Made by a program: the position numbers and the translations under genes
In this document: piece after piece, positions 19,535 through 20,000 of the stretch
Layout of the letters: every line of letters starts with the position of its first letter
How positions within the stretch are numbered: the stretch's first letter is position 1
Notes under the pieces: model-generated
What the model was told of the DNA's origin: nothing
Databases searched by the model: none
What the model saw: only the letters and a program-made list of their open reading frames with translations
Origin: Thelocarpon superellum
Taxonomy: Eukaryota
Assembly (NCBI GenBank): GCA_026025795.1
Contig: JAPEUG010000034.1
Coordinates: 55,976 to 75,975, forward strand
DNA: 20,000 bases
Reading direction: 5' to 3'

Positions 19535-19888
19535 CACCACACGATATGCAGCTTCGAGAGGCTACAGTCAAGGGTCTACGTTGATCCCCCTTACACTTTT
19601 CTTTATCCCCTGTTCTTTCTTCCCCTTGCATACTGGCGTCTGGAGCGAAAGCGGGTGGTCATGCAGATGCAGGGTTGCCTCGTGTCACGTGGTCTGATGG
19701 AGTAAGGGACATGATGCGGAGCGATGCGGGGTAGATGCACAACGGCGGCAGGGACGGATGCAATGCAGCCTCGATAGGATGGTGGCGATGAGAGTAAAGG
19801 TCTACGCCAGAGAAGTAGACACCAAACGCCGAGTCCGCAACGCCACGTATGTGACAACGCCGTGTACCACAATGCCGATGGAACGTCA

Positions 19889-20000
19889 TCAGACCTTGGT
19901 GGTGCCGAAGCCACCGAAGCCCATCATGCGCGCCATGTCATCGTCCTGTGCAGCTGTGACTGCATCTGCATCTGCATCTGCAAGCTCTCCCTCACCTCCT
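19889..20000 (-). CDS. SNU23: 3' end of a probable U4/U6.U5 snRNP component Snu23/ZMAT2 (partial; continues beyond the window)
   Basis: The minus frame reads GGEGELADADADAVTAAQDDDMARMMGFGGFGTTKV*. A terminal MMGFxGFG[S/T]TK motif is characteristic of Snu23/ZMAT2. In SNRNP27 the similar motif is internal and followed by YRQYMNR, which I did not find downstream. Confidence 0.65.
   Translation of the reverse strand, partial: GGEGELADADADAVTAAQDDDMARMMGFGGFGTTKV

Noticed and set aside
18531..19540. Minus-strand ORFs of 287 and 180 aa overlapping SPT3
   Set aside because: Antisense shadows of a GC-rich coding region.
19603..19914. SNRNP27 interpretation of the MMGFGGFGTTK motif with a further downstream exon
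   Set aside because: The motif is followed directly by V-stop, and no YRQYMNR-type exon is present downstream on the minus strand.
19961..19982. (TGCATC)n hexamer repeat
   Set aside because: Ordinary coding microsatellite giving Ala-Asp repeats in the SNU23-like tail.

Overview
Gene-dense, GC-rich eukaryotic DNA from a filamentous ascomycete (Pezizomycotina-type genes with short GT-AG introns of mostly 47-75 nt and CTRAY-like branch sites). In order, the window contains: the 5' end of a secreted kelch-like protein (-), HIS5 (-), NMA111 (-), TAM41 (-), BIR1 (+), an unannotated-looking 53-aa secreted peptide gene (+), an F-box protein (+), a BLI-3-like protein (+), DPH5 (-), an atypical intronless protein kinase (+), SPT3 (+), and the 3' end of a probable SNU23/ZMAT2 gene (-). 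I saw no mobile elements, RNA genes or CRISPR arrays. The most interesting observations are: (1) a spliced micro-gene for a signal peptide plus a 23-aa C-x12-C peptide resembling half of a CBM14 chitin-binding module; (2) close linkage of the Nma111 protease with Bir1, its known substrate in yeast; (3) in-frame presequence-like N-terminal extensions on NMA111 and BLI-3; (4) an unusually long SPT3 intron 1 and a palindromic double E-box upstream of SPT3. All exon models were derived by eye and all family calls come from recognised motifs; no database searches were run.
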